A DNA stretch of 63,175 bases, the filler included, from Conidiobolus incongruus B7586 (taxonomy: Eukaryota), in assembly GCA_000697335.1 (NCBI GenBank). It is 7 parts of 7 records of this genome, joined end to end, with 100 filler letters (N's around TTAATTAATTAA, not from the genome) between each part and the next. Parts side by side here need not be neighbours in the genome. Positions count along the whole stretch, not along the records: positions 20,479 to 42,531 come from JNEM01007018.1; positions 42,632 to 47,752 come from JNEM01007021.1; 5 more parts are not named here. One strand, written 5' to 3'. The stretch's first letter is position 1. The number at the start of each line of letters is the position of its first letter. Made by a program: the position numbers and the translations under genes. The notes under the pieces were generated by a model. It saw only the letters and a list, made by a program, of their open reading frames with translations, searched no databases and had not been told where the DNA came from. Shown piece by piece: positions 29,171 through 42,642 of this stretch.

Positions 29171-29568
29171 TATAAGTATAGTGGTAAATACTAATATAAT
29201 ATAAAAGAAAACTTAATATAAAAATAATATAATATAAAATATAATACTATAATATAACTATAGTGTATAAATAAAAATAAAATTTAATTAAGCTTTGAAT
29301 TAGAATAAGTTATTAATATATTAAGATTTATATTAGATAGTGTTAATATACTATAATATTAATAAGATATAGTCTTAAATATAAAAATAGTAGAAAAGAT
29401 AAAAAATAGTAAGTATTGAGAAGAAAAAGAAAAACCTAGTTTATTAGATAATTCAATGCTATTTATATAATTAATTTAGCTATAAAAGTATAAATTAATC
29501 ATATAATTTATAGTTAATTGAATTATATGAAAGTATATATAAGAATTTAGAGAACTAGTCTCTTAACA
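29171..29568 (-). repeat. 5' LTR of Gypsy element
   Basis: Direct repeat of 23908-24270 with an extra ~35 bp internal segment. Differences are almost all transitions. Confidence 0.9.
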
Positions 29569-29662
29569 AATATAAAATTCAATTTAAAAGATTAAAAAAA
29601 ATAGATAAGTAGTTTAAACACTTCAAATATTTTGAGTTAACAATCAAATTCTAGCTTGAGGA

Positions 29663-29665
<3 letters not shown>

Positions 29666-29735
<70 letters not shown>
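29666..29735. repeat. (AAT)n microsatellite, ~23 units
   Basis: Perfect trinucleotide run. Confidence 0.97.
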
Positions 29736-29736
<1 letters not shown>

Positions 29737-29985
29737 CTAGTATAAAGATTAAAATGAATTTCCAATGAAAGCATACTATTTAGTTAACCAATTCATATAT
29801 CTTTTTAAGTTGATATTATTAATATGATCAAATACAATATAGATTGAGATTGGAAAAAACATGTTGAATTAATTCTTTTCTTGATTAATTATATTAAATT
29901 AAAGACAAGAATTTTGAATGTGCCATTTAACAAATTGTTTTTAATGAGATATGAACTAGAGGGATTTAAATAAAATCCTTCAGTG

Positions 29986-29992
29986 TGACTCA
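29986..29992 (+). promoter_or_regulatory. Gcn4/CpcA-type bZIP site TGACTCA upstream of THR1
   Basis: GTGACTCAT ~200 nt 5' of the ATG of an amino-acid biosynthetic gene. Confidence 0.55.
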
Positions 29993-30190
29993 TTACCAGA
30001 ATACTATCATTACTACCAAATTAGGAAAAGCAATCCATTGAGATACTATTCATGTAGTCTTTGATAAGATCTACTTAAGATTTAAATTTCTGATAACTTC
30101 TCTTTGCGTTTTACTTGATGATTAAAAAATAGTATAAACTTTTTAACTGTATTAATTTAATATAAATTTTAATAATTAATCAATAATAAA

Positions 30191-31290
30191 ATGACTGTAA
30201 AGTCTTTCAAAATTAAAGTACCCTCCACATCTGCTAACTTAGGCCCTGGTTTCGATACTCTTGGTGTCGCTCTCTCTTTATATTTAACTATTGAAGGAAC
30301 CTACGAACCCAATGGTCCTAACAAGGTCACCTTTGAATGTTCTGGAGAAGGCGCTGATCTTATGCCTCACAACGTTGAAAAGAATTTGATTACCAACTGT
30401 GCTTTGTTTGTATTAAATAACAACCAAATTCCTGAAATTAAAGGTACTTTGAAATTGAAGGTTCATAACGAAATTCCATTAGGTAGAGGTTTGGGAAGTT
30501 CCGGTGCAGCAGTTGTTGGAGGTGTTTTATTGGGTGATATTGTTGGCAATTTGAGATTGTCTCAATCTAGAATTATTGATTTTATCCAACATTTGGAAGG
30601 TCATCCGGATAATGTTGTCCCTGCCTATCTTGGAGGATTAGTTGCCTCTTACGTCGTAAATCAAAAAGAGAAAGTTAAGGGTGCTGCTTTCCCTCCCCAA
30701 GAGATTGTCAGATTCAGTAATTTGAAATGGTCCAAGAATATTAAAGTTATTGCTGTTGTGCCCAAGTACGAGCTTGCTACTTCTAAAGCTCGTGGCGTTT
30801 TGCCTCAGTCTTATTCTAGACAGGATGTTGTAAGCGAATTTTGTTTGTTTATGATGGCTTCAAAATTTAATGTAAAATATTAGGTATTTAATTTACAAAG
30901 ACTTGCTGTGTTAACTTCCTCCTTAACTGAAGAAAATCCTAACCCTGATCTCATCTACGGTGCTATGGACGATTGCATTCATCAGCCCTATCGATTGGAT
31001 CTCGTAAGTTAATCACTTAACCACTCATCATAAAATAGTTAACAATTTTTTCCAATCAGGTCCCTGGATTAAAACAAGTGCTCAATTTAATCAATCCTCA
31101 AACCGAGCCTGGAACCTTAGGTATCTGTCTCTCAGGAGCTGGTCCTACAGTCCTTATTTTAAGCAATGATCGCCAACAGGAAATTGGCGCTAGATGTCAA
31201 CAAATTTTGAAAACTGAAGGAGATGTAGATAGTGAAGTATTAACTCTCTCAGTTGATTTTAACGGTGCTCAAATTACCATTGTCGAATAA
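30191..31290 (+). CDS. THR1: Homoserine kinase (GHMP kinase family), ~329 aa, 3 exons
   Basis: Exons 30191-30829, 30884-31003, 31060-31290. Motifs PSTSANLGPGFD, IPLGRGLGSSGAA, EGHPDN, DCIHQPYR, CLSGAGPT. Confidence 0.97.
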
Positions 31291-31499
31291 TAAATAAAAT
31301 TTCTAATATTAAGATTTTTATTTTAATATTAGTATTTAACACAGACATCATCATTATATTTAATATAATTAAAAATCCCATAATTTATAATTTTTTAAAC
31401 TCAATTTTATTAATGGATTCACAGTCCAATAACAAATTACCAACTCATTAACTAATAAACAATATTCTTATAATCTTTTTATTCAATTAGTCAATAACA

Positions 31500-31840
31500 A
31501 TGGGATTAGTTACATTATTCTATATCGGTTTATTAATTGTTAACGCTTTAGCTATTTTAAATGAACAGAGATTTTTAGCTAGAAGTAAATCATAAATATT
31601 GAATAATCTGAAATTCGTATTAACTTTTGTTTAGTTGGTTTGACGCAACAAGCTGTAAGTTTTGGAGAACAAGAAACTATCCGTTATAAAGTTATTCATT
31701 TAGTATCGGCTGTCAGAACACTTATGAGAGGTAAGTTTATATCATTATTATTAAATTGAGTATCTATTAATTTTGAGTTTTTAGTTCCATTAATAGCTGT
31801 CAATATTTTAGTAATTTTATATGAATTAATCTTAGGCTAA
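31500..31840 (+). CDS. YOS1: Yos1/IER3IP1-family small ER-Golgi membrane protein, 78 aa, 3 exons (missed by ORF track)
   Basis: Exons 31500-31584, 31635-31730, 31785-31840 give MGLVTLFYIGLLIVNALAILNEQRFLARIG...LVSAVRTLMRVPLIAVNILVILYELILG*. Confidence 0.93.
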
Positions 31841-32804
31841 AAATAAAAATAATAAATATTTTGAGTATTATATTTAAGTTTTACTGCTAATATTTGTTTA
31901 GATATATTATATATTTATCCATCTTTATTATTTAATTCAGTGAATTGAACATTTGTCACCATATTTAATTATTTTCATTATACGAAAACATTTAATATAT
32001 CTTTTTTATATTTTAATTTGAATGTTATAATCACTACCTCAATTTATTAATTATTATTAATATACATTTAATTGAGTTTAATAAGGAATTATTTAATAAG
32101 ATATTTATTTTACTTAAATATTAGAAATATTTATCAAATTCGCTAATTTTTGGTTGACATCAAAAGGGTTGTTATATTAATATATCTCCATCCTGGCCAG
32201 ATTTAATGTTCAGCAGATATATTTAATTTAATATTAATTTTAAACGCATTTATATCATCAAAAAAGAACCCTTAATTTATATTTTTATGAAATAATTGAT
32301 TGCTCTTTGACATGTCATGATTTTAAATTTTGAATTAAATGTTATTAGATAATATTTTCAACTAAATCAAGAATTGGATTTATTACATTTCACGCAAACA
32401 TATTTTGCATACAATTCTGTCAGTTTGAATCTTATATAAAATGAAATTTTTGGATGTGTAACAACAACCTATCACTGGATATATACTCGAATAAACATTG
32501 TTAAACTGAATTACGTTACACTATTATGATTCAAAATTGTTACTAACATACTTAAGGATAAATACCATTGATTTCATAGGTTATCATCAAGTATAAATAT
32601 TGGATCTTAATTAGTCGTTTAGATTATCATTTAATCAATAATATAAAATACAAATAGTTTAATAATATGTAATGTATTGTATCTTAAATGAATAAAGAGT
32701 ATTAGAAATATCAAGAAAGCTATATTGGTATTAAAATATAATGTACTCAAAATAACTAAACCAAATAAGATTGTTTATTGAAATGAATCATTGCAAGATC
32801 GAGA

Positions 32805-35800
32805 TTACCAAAAAGCACACCTAATAAATTGGATTAGTTGAATAGTGACAAGATTAATAATTGATAATAACTTACCATCCAACGTAGCATTGGCATAAAT
32901 TCTCGAGAGAAGTAGCCTGTTGAATTAATTTATCAACCTGTTGAGGTACGTCTAAAACTTGGTTACGATCGAAATCTCTACCAGTTAGTTTGTTGGAAAC
33001 TCTAGTGATGACAGTGATTGCTCTCTTATTCAAGACTTCGGGTTGGTAGTGCTCATCTGATTCCTGGTCCTTAGTACCATAGTGGGAGTCAGGTTTGTGG
33101 CTGGCTGGGAATTTGTGCGCTTCGGCATTGTTATTATCCATAGGATTTTTGGTCTCGTTAGTATTCTTGGGCGGGGGACTAGCACGAGACAAAAGACGCC
33201 AATTGATAAGGGGATCGTAGACGAATGCTTCCAATACCGCCATCAAACTCTCTTTATTGTCACGGAGCACTCTTAACACATTTTCACAGGTGGTTCGATA
33301 ATTACCTTCGATGCCACAGACTTCCATTGCATTGGTCAGCATTCGGGTGAGACGGAATGGAATGCGCTCAGGGAACTTGTCACGATGCATGGCTACTTCA
33401 AAGCAGTCACCAAAATCGATATGGATGACTTTGCCACTGTAACGATCCAACATAAGATTGGATGGGTGACGGTCGCCTAATCCAAGAATGTAACCAACTA
33501 TTGACATGGTGGCTAAGGATCGAGTGTAACAAGTTCGACGGGCTAACCACGATTCAGAGTTCTTGCTCTTCAACCAGAGGACGCGGCAAAGATCCTGACC
33601 AGTGGTATTATCCAAAGCATATTCAAAGACTTCGACCTTCTTCAATAATGGAAGCTTGTCAAATTCTGGAGCCATTTGAAGCATCAAACGATGCTCAATA
33701 TTAAGGAGGATCTTCCTACTGTCACGATAATCTCTGATAAGAGCGTGCAAAGTGTCACTATGAGGAACCCAGCCAATGAGACCAGAGTTAGGAGAAAGAG
33801 GAATGACTGGATATCGCTCAATGTTAAGCTGACGTTTAAATGTTTCCGAGTCAGTTTCAAGTAGAGTATTGACCAAGCCAAATAACTGCATAACTCTTTC
33901 ATCTTGACGTAAATCTTCGTGGCCCTTAAGGAGATACTGATAATAAGATCCGTCGCTGCCTTGAATAGTAAGCTTCCTAGGTCTTTGTTTGGATGTGATT
34001 ACGTTCAAAGTAGTTGAAAAGCAGCCAATCTTGACAATTGGCTCACCACTTCGATAGGACCCTGGAATTGCTAAATCAAGGTCACGAGCAGCTAATAACT
34101 TGGGAGAAACATACTGAAGTTCGAGTGTGGTCAATTGAGGTAATTGTTTGTTAATACGACGGAACACTTGATAGTATAAGTCCCAAGCTTGATTCAAATC
34201 GGTCACGTTTAATGTGCGCTTGTAAGTTTGACACCATTCATAAGCCTCTTGCAAATCTCTTCCAAAGGCTTGATTGAACGAAATTTCTCGCAAAGTCTCG
34301 GGTCCCCTTTCGAGCATTTGATGGAGGGGTTCGAGGGTATTGAACATTCCTTCAATATTTTGGTCCCCAAAATACATCCTTGAAGCTTCTTCCAATCCTT
34401 CATGCCACATTTCATGCCATAAAATCGCAACGCGAATTAACTCCTCACTGACAATAATGGCTTGTTCAACTAACTGAGGACTGTGACCTCGGAGATGATC
34501 CATGATAAGAAGGGCAGCATTTTTGCGAGATATACTATGGGATTTAGATGCTACAGCAATAGGATAGACAAGAGCTTGAGGATGTTCTTTTCCAATTTCT
34601 GATAATAACTGATGAATTAATCTTCTCACATTAGATGATGGAGCATTAATTCTGGCAATGATCTAATACAAATTGTAAATCTCCATAATACTGTCATGAA
34701 GCTAATTTAAACTTACTTGAGGAATAACTTGTAACCAATTGTCGATGCTCACGCTGGAAAAACCTTCAGCAATTGCAGAATTGACATTAGGATGATATCC
34801 GTACTCGAACCAAAGGGTCAACAATCTCAGAGTGTCTTGAAGAGAATTACCACGTGATAAGGCAATTGACTGGAAAAAACCTAAAAAATCATAGTTAAAA
34901 TATTGAATAAGAAAACAATGAAGCTATTACCATGAACAGCGGGTACAACGTATGCGACGAGAACATGATCAGATATTCTGGTATCTGTGTGGCGATAATG
35001 GTTGACAACTTCGAAGTTGGCAATAGCCCAAGCATGCCAAGCCTTATACCAATGACGATCAAATTGAGTCGCCAAGAGATACGAGTGAAGGATGGATGGA
35101 ATAGTAGCCTAAGAAATAATTGGTTATCACGTTAAAATCAAAAATATTCAACAAATTACCTCGTTCCAGTTATCTTGCAAGGTAACCTGCCATTCCGCCT
35201 GTTTCAAGAAACAGCTGGCCAGTAATTTGACATAATCACCGGACCCTTGCTGGGTCAATTCTGAGATGTGATTCACATCGGGGTAAGTGTGATAGTCGTT
35301 AAGATTCTGGAAGCCTAAATCGGTAGCCAATTGTTGGGTGAAATATTTCAGACTCTCCAATGACTCCTTCTGAGCTCCTGTAGCCCATCCATGCTTCAAA
35401 TGAGCATAAATAACATGGGTTGGAGAGCCATCAGTTCCATGGTAAGAAGGTGAAATTCCCTAAAAAATGAATTTAGATAATTTGCGGAAAGTGTTAAATT
35501 TCCTTACTGATCCTTCTTTAGATTTGACATCCTGAAGCAGCATATTCAATGTGTTTTCTGAAAGTGCCAGACGACCGTTCTTACGACATAAATTGGCGAA
35601 TTTAATCCAGAGTTCCAAGTCGTCACTAGGACTAAGGACAAATGAACGAGTGGAAAGTGTACGGTGCCATACGTTGACATCTGGTTGGCATCCTTTCAAT
35701 CTGGAGAGATGTTAATTTGAATTGGTAAAGAATTCTCTATATAATCTTACCTCTTAATCCATGTCTTGCGCATGGTAGCTTGACGTTCTGGTTGATCACC

Positions 35801-38800
35801 GAATAATTTATATTGGATGACTTCTTCCAGTTCAGATAACATTTGAATTTGAACAATAATTCTAAAATACATGTTAGTAATTTAAATTAATTGGAATATA
35901 ATGAACATTACGAATAAGCTCGACTATAACTTTCAGCAATGAGTGCAGTCAATTCGTTATCCAACATACTTCTTGTCCTATCGATATAAACTTGGGCTTG
36001 ATCGTATTGATTGTGGTGTAGAGCTAAAACAGCTCGATAGAAGGAATAATCGGGGTTATCGGGCTTAATCGATTGTGTGTATCGGCTCAATGAGTTCAAT
36101 TCACCAAAACTCCAAATAGCTCCAGTAGCGTATGGTGCAATTTCTTCTTTTTCTTTCGATGTAAAACTGTCCCACTTCTGTTCGACCAAAGGAGCTAACT
36201 GATGGAACTCACCAAGGTTGTACAGACATCTCATTATTCCAAGAGTCATGTCTGCTCCCTCTTCTTCTTGTTTGCTGCTATATGCTTTGAGTGCATCATC
36301 CCACCTTCCAAGTTTTTCGTACCAGGTTTCTTGAAGCTCCAATTGATGGTGGCGTTGAGCGTATGTAAGAATACCAACAGCAGCATCTGGCTGTTGAAGT
36401 TGGTTATTAATACCAATTAACTCCTCAATAATCTTGGGAGATGGTTCAGAGATAAATTCCAATTCCTTGTAGTGGAGGGCTTTAGCATAGGCATGACAAC
36501 GACTAGCATACATTCCGAGGGTTCCGATATCGATGGGAAGGGTTTTATCATCGTGTTCCATAAACTCAGCCAAGTTGAGTAATTGCTGAAGGATATCGTT
36601 GGGAATGGTTGGTGATGCAAGAGCAATCTCTAAAGATCTAATCAATTCATCTTGATTATGATCTTGGAGTTCTGTCCAGCAAGAAACGAATGCCGCGTTA
36701 AACAACTCACGAGCTAATGGTAGGTAAGTAGAAGCAAGAGCAGCACAAGCTCTTAGTGCATGCGAAGGAGATTGCTTTAACAATTCAACACTAAGTTTCT
36801 TAAACCATTCAAACCAATCTTCTTTTGTAGATCTTTGTAGAGCTTCCCATGCCTTCTTCAAAAGCACTTCCGATACTGATAACTTTTTCATGGATCCTAA
36901 TTCAGTTGAAAATGGTACGTCGAATTCAGCGTTACTCGATTTATTTCCCAGTTTCTCAATTTCAGGATCATAAAAAGTCTCATGATTCATTATTTTTTGG
37001 ATCAATAAATCGTATTTAGGATCTTGAATTTGATTATTTTGCATAGAAGTTTTTACTAAAGGAATAAAAGCAATGTAGTTAATTCCTATTTGATAAGCAA
37101 TAATATACAAGCTTCTCATTCCTTCTTTTCTGAGATCGTCATTGTTGATGTACAAAACTCGAGCAATAGAGTGCACCGCTTGAGATGCAAGGTCAGAGCA
37201 CTGAAGATTTATAAACATCATTCCAATAGTTTGAATAGCAGTTTTCTTGATCAATAAGGAAATTTCGGGCTTTTCTAAGAGTTTCACAATGCTTGGAATG
37301 ATCAAATTGGTATATTCCTGAATACTGGATCCAAAGCAAATGATCGTTTGGAGAATTGCCTTGATAATTCGATGACTTTCAGGAGCATCTGAATCGAGTA
37401 CTTGAAGAACTTGGGGTAAAAATGAAGGAATATATGTGTTAAATTCGCCACCAAGAGCAATTGAAATGGATTTAATGAGATTCATCAAAGTAATTTGAGT
37501 CTCTGTAGAAGTATGCCAAAAGTCTTGGATGACTTTGAATATTTCTGGAAGGAAATTTCGAATATGTTGATTGACAATGAGCACCAAAGTACTCAGCTGC
37601 TTGAAATAAAATTCATGAGTTCCAACTGGACTGGATCGCACCACATTTAAAAAGGCAGGAATGATTAATGGTAAAAAGGATACAATTTTAAGGCCAAGGG
37701 TGTTGAAGATATACATGAAGGATTCAATAGCAGATTGATGGTAATTTGATAGTGAAGGATCTTTGAGAATTTTAAGGAGTGAAGAGATGACAACTGTGGG
37801 ATAATAATCTTCAGAAGAAGGCCCCATACCAATCAAGATCATACTGAGCTCTGTATTATTACTCATTACTTTCGGTCCAGAGGATGACTCATCTGTTCCT
37901 AATTCGGAAGTAATTAATTTATAGGGATTTATAGCGCCTAAAATTCCTATCAATCTAATAGTCTCTTGACGAATCTGAGGATTTTGCTCTGATTTCAGAA
38001 TATCAACAAGAATAGGCATTAGTTGAGGATATTTAATATATGGTTCAATAACATATCCAGTGCTTCTAGCAAGTTGGCTGAATGCCTTCAAAGCAGCAGA
38101 TCTTTTGATTGATGAGCTTTGGTCTTGTAAACTTTCGATTATAAGTGGAACCATTTCATCTATATGAGGTTCAAGTTCTTTGCCACCCATTTTAACCAAA
38201 TCTCCAATTGTGGTCAATATATTTGATGAAACAATGGCATTTGGGTCTCTGGATTTAGATAAAAGTGCTTGAATTATGGGTTCAATATAAGGACGGGTTA
38301 ATGTGGGTGACGAGGTAATGATTAGGCCAATCATTCTTGAGTTTTCTTGTTTCACGCGACTAACAAAGATTTTAGGAATGTAAAATAAAAATGAATATTA
38401 AATATACCTTTCATTGCTATATTCAAGTTCGGTGAGTGCTTTGATCAACTCTTTACGTAAAAATGGTAAGGCTGAAGCGGGATTTGTATGGGCAAATCGA
38501 GATATGACCTGAATAGTCGCCTCCCTCACAGGAAAATACTCATCATTCATCGCTAAGGAAAGTGTTTTAAAATTATTAGTTTGTGCAAGGTGGAGATCAA
38601 AATTGCTGTCCAGATTGGAAATCACAGTAAATCGAATAGTGGGATCTAAAAAATCTGTTAGTTTAAACGATATATATTTGCCAATTTAGATTTAACCTGA
38701 ATCAGCCACACCAGCCATCAAGAGCTTAAATAAAACATCATTAATAACTCGAATTGCATGTGCGCTGGTTTGGTGACAGATTGGGTCTTTACTCAATAGT

Positions 38801-40969
38801 TTACAACAGGTAAGTGCAGCAGAACGTCTTACTATCAGACGATGATCTTCTAAATAGTAAATGGCACATTCATAGATAAATTCAGAGAGAGAGTGGCCTA
38901 CGAATATTGTAAATATCAAATGAGCATTAAATTTAGATATAATTACCAAAAAAATTAAAATTTCCCAAAGTGTCAAGTGATAAAACCACTAAGTCTGTGC
39001 TATAAAGTTCGAGTTTCTAGAATAACACATTAGCAGAAAGATAAAGGTATTGTAAATAAAACATTACAATTAACTCTTTAACAGATGATTCTGGAATTGG
39101 TTTCTTTAAAGGAGATCCCGACGGAATGTAATTTCTCCCACTTAATACAAGGGATATCATGTTTAACAACCGGTCTAATGAGAAGGATTAAAAATTTGGG
39201 TGGATGAATAATAGAAACCATTTACTTTGAACAGTTGGTAAGACCGAAGGTATATTAGTTGAAAGGTCAGTCAATGCTTTGACCAAAGGCTCAGAAAGTC
39301 CCATACCAATCATTAGATCTAGCAATTCGTTGGCGTATGTAGATAAGGTTCGGCCAACAGAAATCGATAACAAACTAATACATTCAAAAACTTGAGGATC
39401 AGCTTGTAATTTACTTTTGCTAAATTCAATACAGTTAACTATTGCATTACTATAATGGAATAATGATTACCTTCTGTTGATTAAATTCTCTTTAATATTA
39501 GCAATAATATCTGGAATATATGGATTAATTTTTGATTCTATGGATTTGGCTATAAAACCGATAGCAGAAAAAGCTAAAAAATATTAAATATTAGATAGAA
39601 AAATATACTGCATGAAGTTGCTTACCAATATATTTTTCTCTATCTCTTCTTAACTGTTGAATGAGGTACCCAGCGAACTTATCTAGATACATTGTTACAA
39701 ATGTATCTGGGTCATACTCTGCTAATGCTGGAATAGTTTGAATTATTGCTTTTCTGATCAAGTGTTCCCTATGATCTTTGTAATTAAGATAAATAGTACA
39801 TAATTCAGCGTATCTGGAATTAATAAACTATATCAAATTAAATATTAAGTTGTTTGATTATTTGAAATGAAGAGTACCTTTCCAGAATGAGCAATCAATT
39901 CGTGAAGAGTCAAAAATGAACCATGAACTGATTCAAGCGAACTGTAGCTAAGACCTTTAATAGCCTCGTCCCATACACGAGAATACCATGAATTATGTAA
40001 GGGACTATCTCTCTGAAGCATCACTTGAAGCGATGATCTCAATACTTCGGCCGCGGCTTCTCTTATTATGATCTAATCCTAAATTAATATTCAGCGTATA
40101 AAGGATTATATTGAGATTGATACCTTATTATCACGAATAGCAACCCAAATTAAATTAAATATTTCGGAAATGTAACCATACATTAACGTTGGTGCATTTT
40201 GAACTAGTGCTTTGAGAATTAACATGGAAGCATGTCTTCTCAACTCATTAGAATCCTCTAATATTATTCAAGTTATCAGAATGAAAATATTTTGGTTGAA
40301 ATAATGAGAAAAACCTTGTAGCCACTCGAAGGAACGTTTGACTTCAAAGTCAATTAATTTAGATGTTGCTACATCGCTTTCGAGGACGAGTTTCCCTAAT
40401 TTGCAAATATTCATTAACTACGATTTGAAATGACTTGAAAAACATTGGAACTACCTAAGACGTCAGCTGCCATTTTCATGAGTTCAGTATCGGAATTGGG
40501 AAGCGCAATTTTTAAACAGTTCATTATTTTGAATCTCTTGTCATAACTTAAATCGAAGCCGTTACCGGCAAGTTGATCTAAATGATAAAGAATTAATATA
40601 AATATATCAATAAATTATGTTTAAAGGTACCTAGGCCTTGTATAGCTCCAAGTCTTTCGTAAGGATCTACAGATTTGAGAGATTCAGTAAGGGAATGATA
40701 AACATCCCAAGTGATCTTATCCGTTTCATGGCTGCTGTATTCCCTCGCTACATCTTCAAGCTAGATACTTTATTAGTAATTTTTTATTATATTAATTGAT
40801 TGATTTACAAATTCACTAAGATTTTTAGCAGCTTTCAGTCTTGTATCGTCAGATCTACATATATTAATTAATTTTATTAATAATTTCTAAAATATCCAAA
40901 ACATTACTTGTTTTTTAAATCTGTCAAAATTCGATTCAATTGTTGACTTGCTTTGGAAATAGTCGTCAT
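32805..40969 (-). CDS. TOR: TOR serine/threonine kinase (PIKK): HEAT repeats, FAT, FRB, kinase, FATC; about 22 exons
   Basis: Probable start MTTISKAS at 40969. [19 protein letters not shown], kinase [34 protein letters not shown] completed by a 16-nt last exon 32805-32820 (GW|CAFW*). Fragmentary minus-strand ORFs from 34881 to 40042 are its exons. Confidence 0.97.
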
Positions 40970-41904
40970 AATATGATAACTACTTAATAATATTTATAGT
41001 TGGATTAAACGGTCAAATATTAGATAGTTTTTTTGAATAGTAAAAATATGTGAATTAAAGATTAAACCAAAGTATGTGATTAGCAGACTCAATTAACAAT
41101 TTAAAATTTTTAGTTAGATCTTTGAATTTGAAATGTGACGATGAAATGGATTGAATTTTGGGAGATTAAATTTTATAATCCTCAACTCCATCCAAATTTT
41201 CCACACCTCCATAGTTATTTAAATTTAAAATTATAGGATGATTTATTCAAATTAATTATATATACTGATATATAAAGCCAGAGAATATTTTAAATAAAAG
41301 AACTAGAGCCATAATATATAACTATTAATGATAACCACTGTTATGATGAGCAGGTACAATAGTATATTATGGTTAAAGTTGGCATTAAGTATTTAGAACA
41401 CAAAACTTATTAGGTTTAAGGGAGGATTTTGGGAGTTTAAGCATGAAAACATACAGGTTTATATAATGGCTACGCAAATAATTTTATACTCTGGGAAAAT
41501 GCTGGAATTAATCATCACTTCATACACTTCATTCTTCATCAAGTAAGTCTTTAGCATTTTGATACTACTCTTATTGAGGCATGCTAGTTTTATATTGTGA
41601 GAAGACAGTATAAATTCTGTTACTATATCTATTTTCTTAACCTGCCACTTGCATCTTAGAATATAATCCAAATGAGGCGAATAATATATCAATATATTTT
41701 GTTCTCTATCTCACATACAATTCTATTTGCCTCTACTTGCATTCTTCCAAGCCCTAATGGCAATTTATGACTTATTATTGATATTTTTGATTGAGGTTGA
41801 GCTATGATAATCAACTATCCATTATTTAAATAATATATTATCAATTAATGTATATATAAATTTAATTTTATTTATATTTAAAATTATATGAAAATCATAT
41901 ATTT

Positions 41905-42531
41905 TTACATTGAATTTGAAGTAATGGAAAATTTTTTAATTTTTTATTTTTCAAATATATCATTAATTTTAAATAAAAAAATATATACAAAATAAATAAA
42001 TTATATATATAATAACTTTTTTGATTAAAAAACTATCTTTTTAAAATTAGTTATTTGATTTGATTATATTTTAACCAAATAATAATTATCAAAAGTATTT
42101 TATTTTGGTATTAGTAAATCTTAACCATAAACCCTCTAATATTATTAGAAAGTTACAAACAGCTTTTGATAATAAAATGTTATTTAAATTCACAATTTAT
42201 CACTAGATAAATTATTTTAAGATTGAAAAAAAATATTATATAAAATTTATTAAAATCTAGGAAATTAACTCCAATTATCACTTTTATAATTATTAATTGA
42301 ATAATAAATTATATTAAATTATATTTTTTTATTTTAGTTAGAGAATTATCAAGACACTTTTATATTATTTATATAAGTATATTATATATATGAAAGTTTA
42401 TATTTAAAATTAATTAATTATATCATAAAATAGATTTATTATAATTTAACAAAAGCTTAAAAAATTAGAGTAATTATAATTAAATTAAATTTATTAAAAT
42501 ATAACTAAAAACTAAAGCTTTTATAATAAAT
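41905..42531 (+). mobile_element. Mariner subfamily B, 5' part, heavily mutated, runs into gap
   Basis: Begins TTACATTGAATTTGAAGTAATGGAAAATT (TIR-like) and aligns with 51969-52620. Confidence 0.8.
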
Positions 42532-42642
42532 NNNNNNNNNNNNNNNNNNNNNNNNNNNNNNNNNNNNNNNNNNNNTTAATTAATTAANNNNNNNNNNNNN
42601 NNNNNNNNNNNNNNNNNNNNNNNNNNNNNNNTTATTTATGGT

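Larger units (their letters stand above)
23908..29568 (-). mobile_element. Full-length Ty3/Gypsy LTR retrotransposon, inactivated by dense C->T/G->A mutation
   Basis: TGT...ACA ends, AATAT TSD (23903-23907, 29569-29573), direct LTRs. Minus-strand RT remnant KVNGG*RLYINN...IFTKLDVR...NFRLYNTLVTF...YFNNILIY (YFDD at 26691-26702) lies upstream of integrase remnant IIIDLFSKY...TITFDRD (~25170-25320), the RT-before-INT order of Gypsy. Confidence 0.93.

Noticed and set aside
31413..31451. 12-aa uORF upstream of YOS1
   Set aside because: Probably outside the transcript and expected by chance.
33082..36626. Short ORFs overlapping TOR on the opposite strand or in alternative frames
   Set aside because: By-products of the GC-richer TOR coding sequence.
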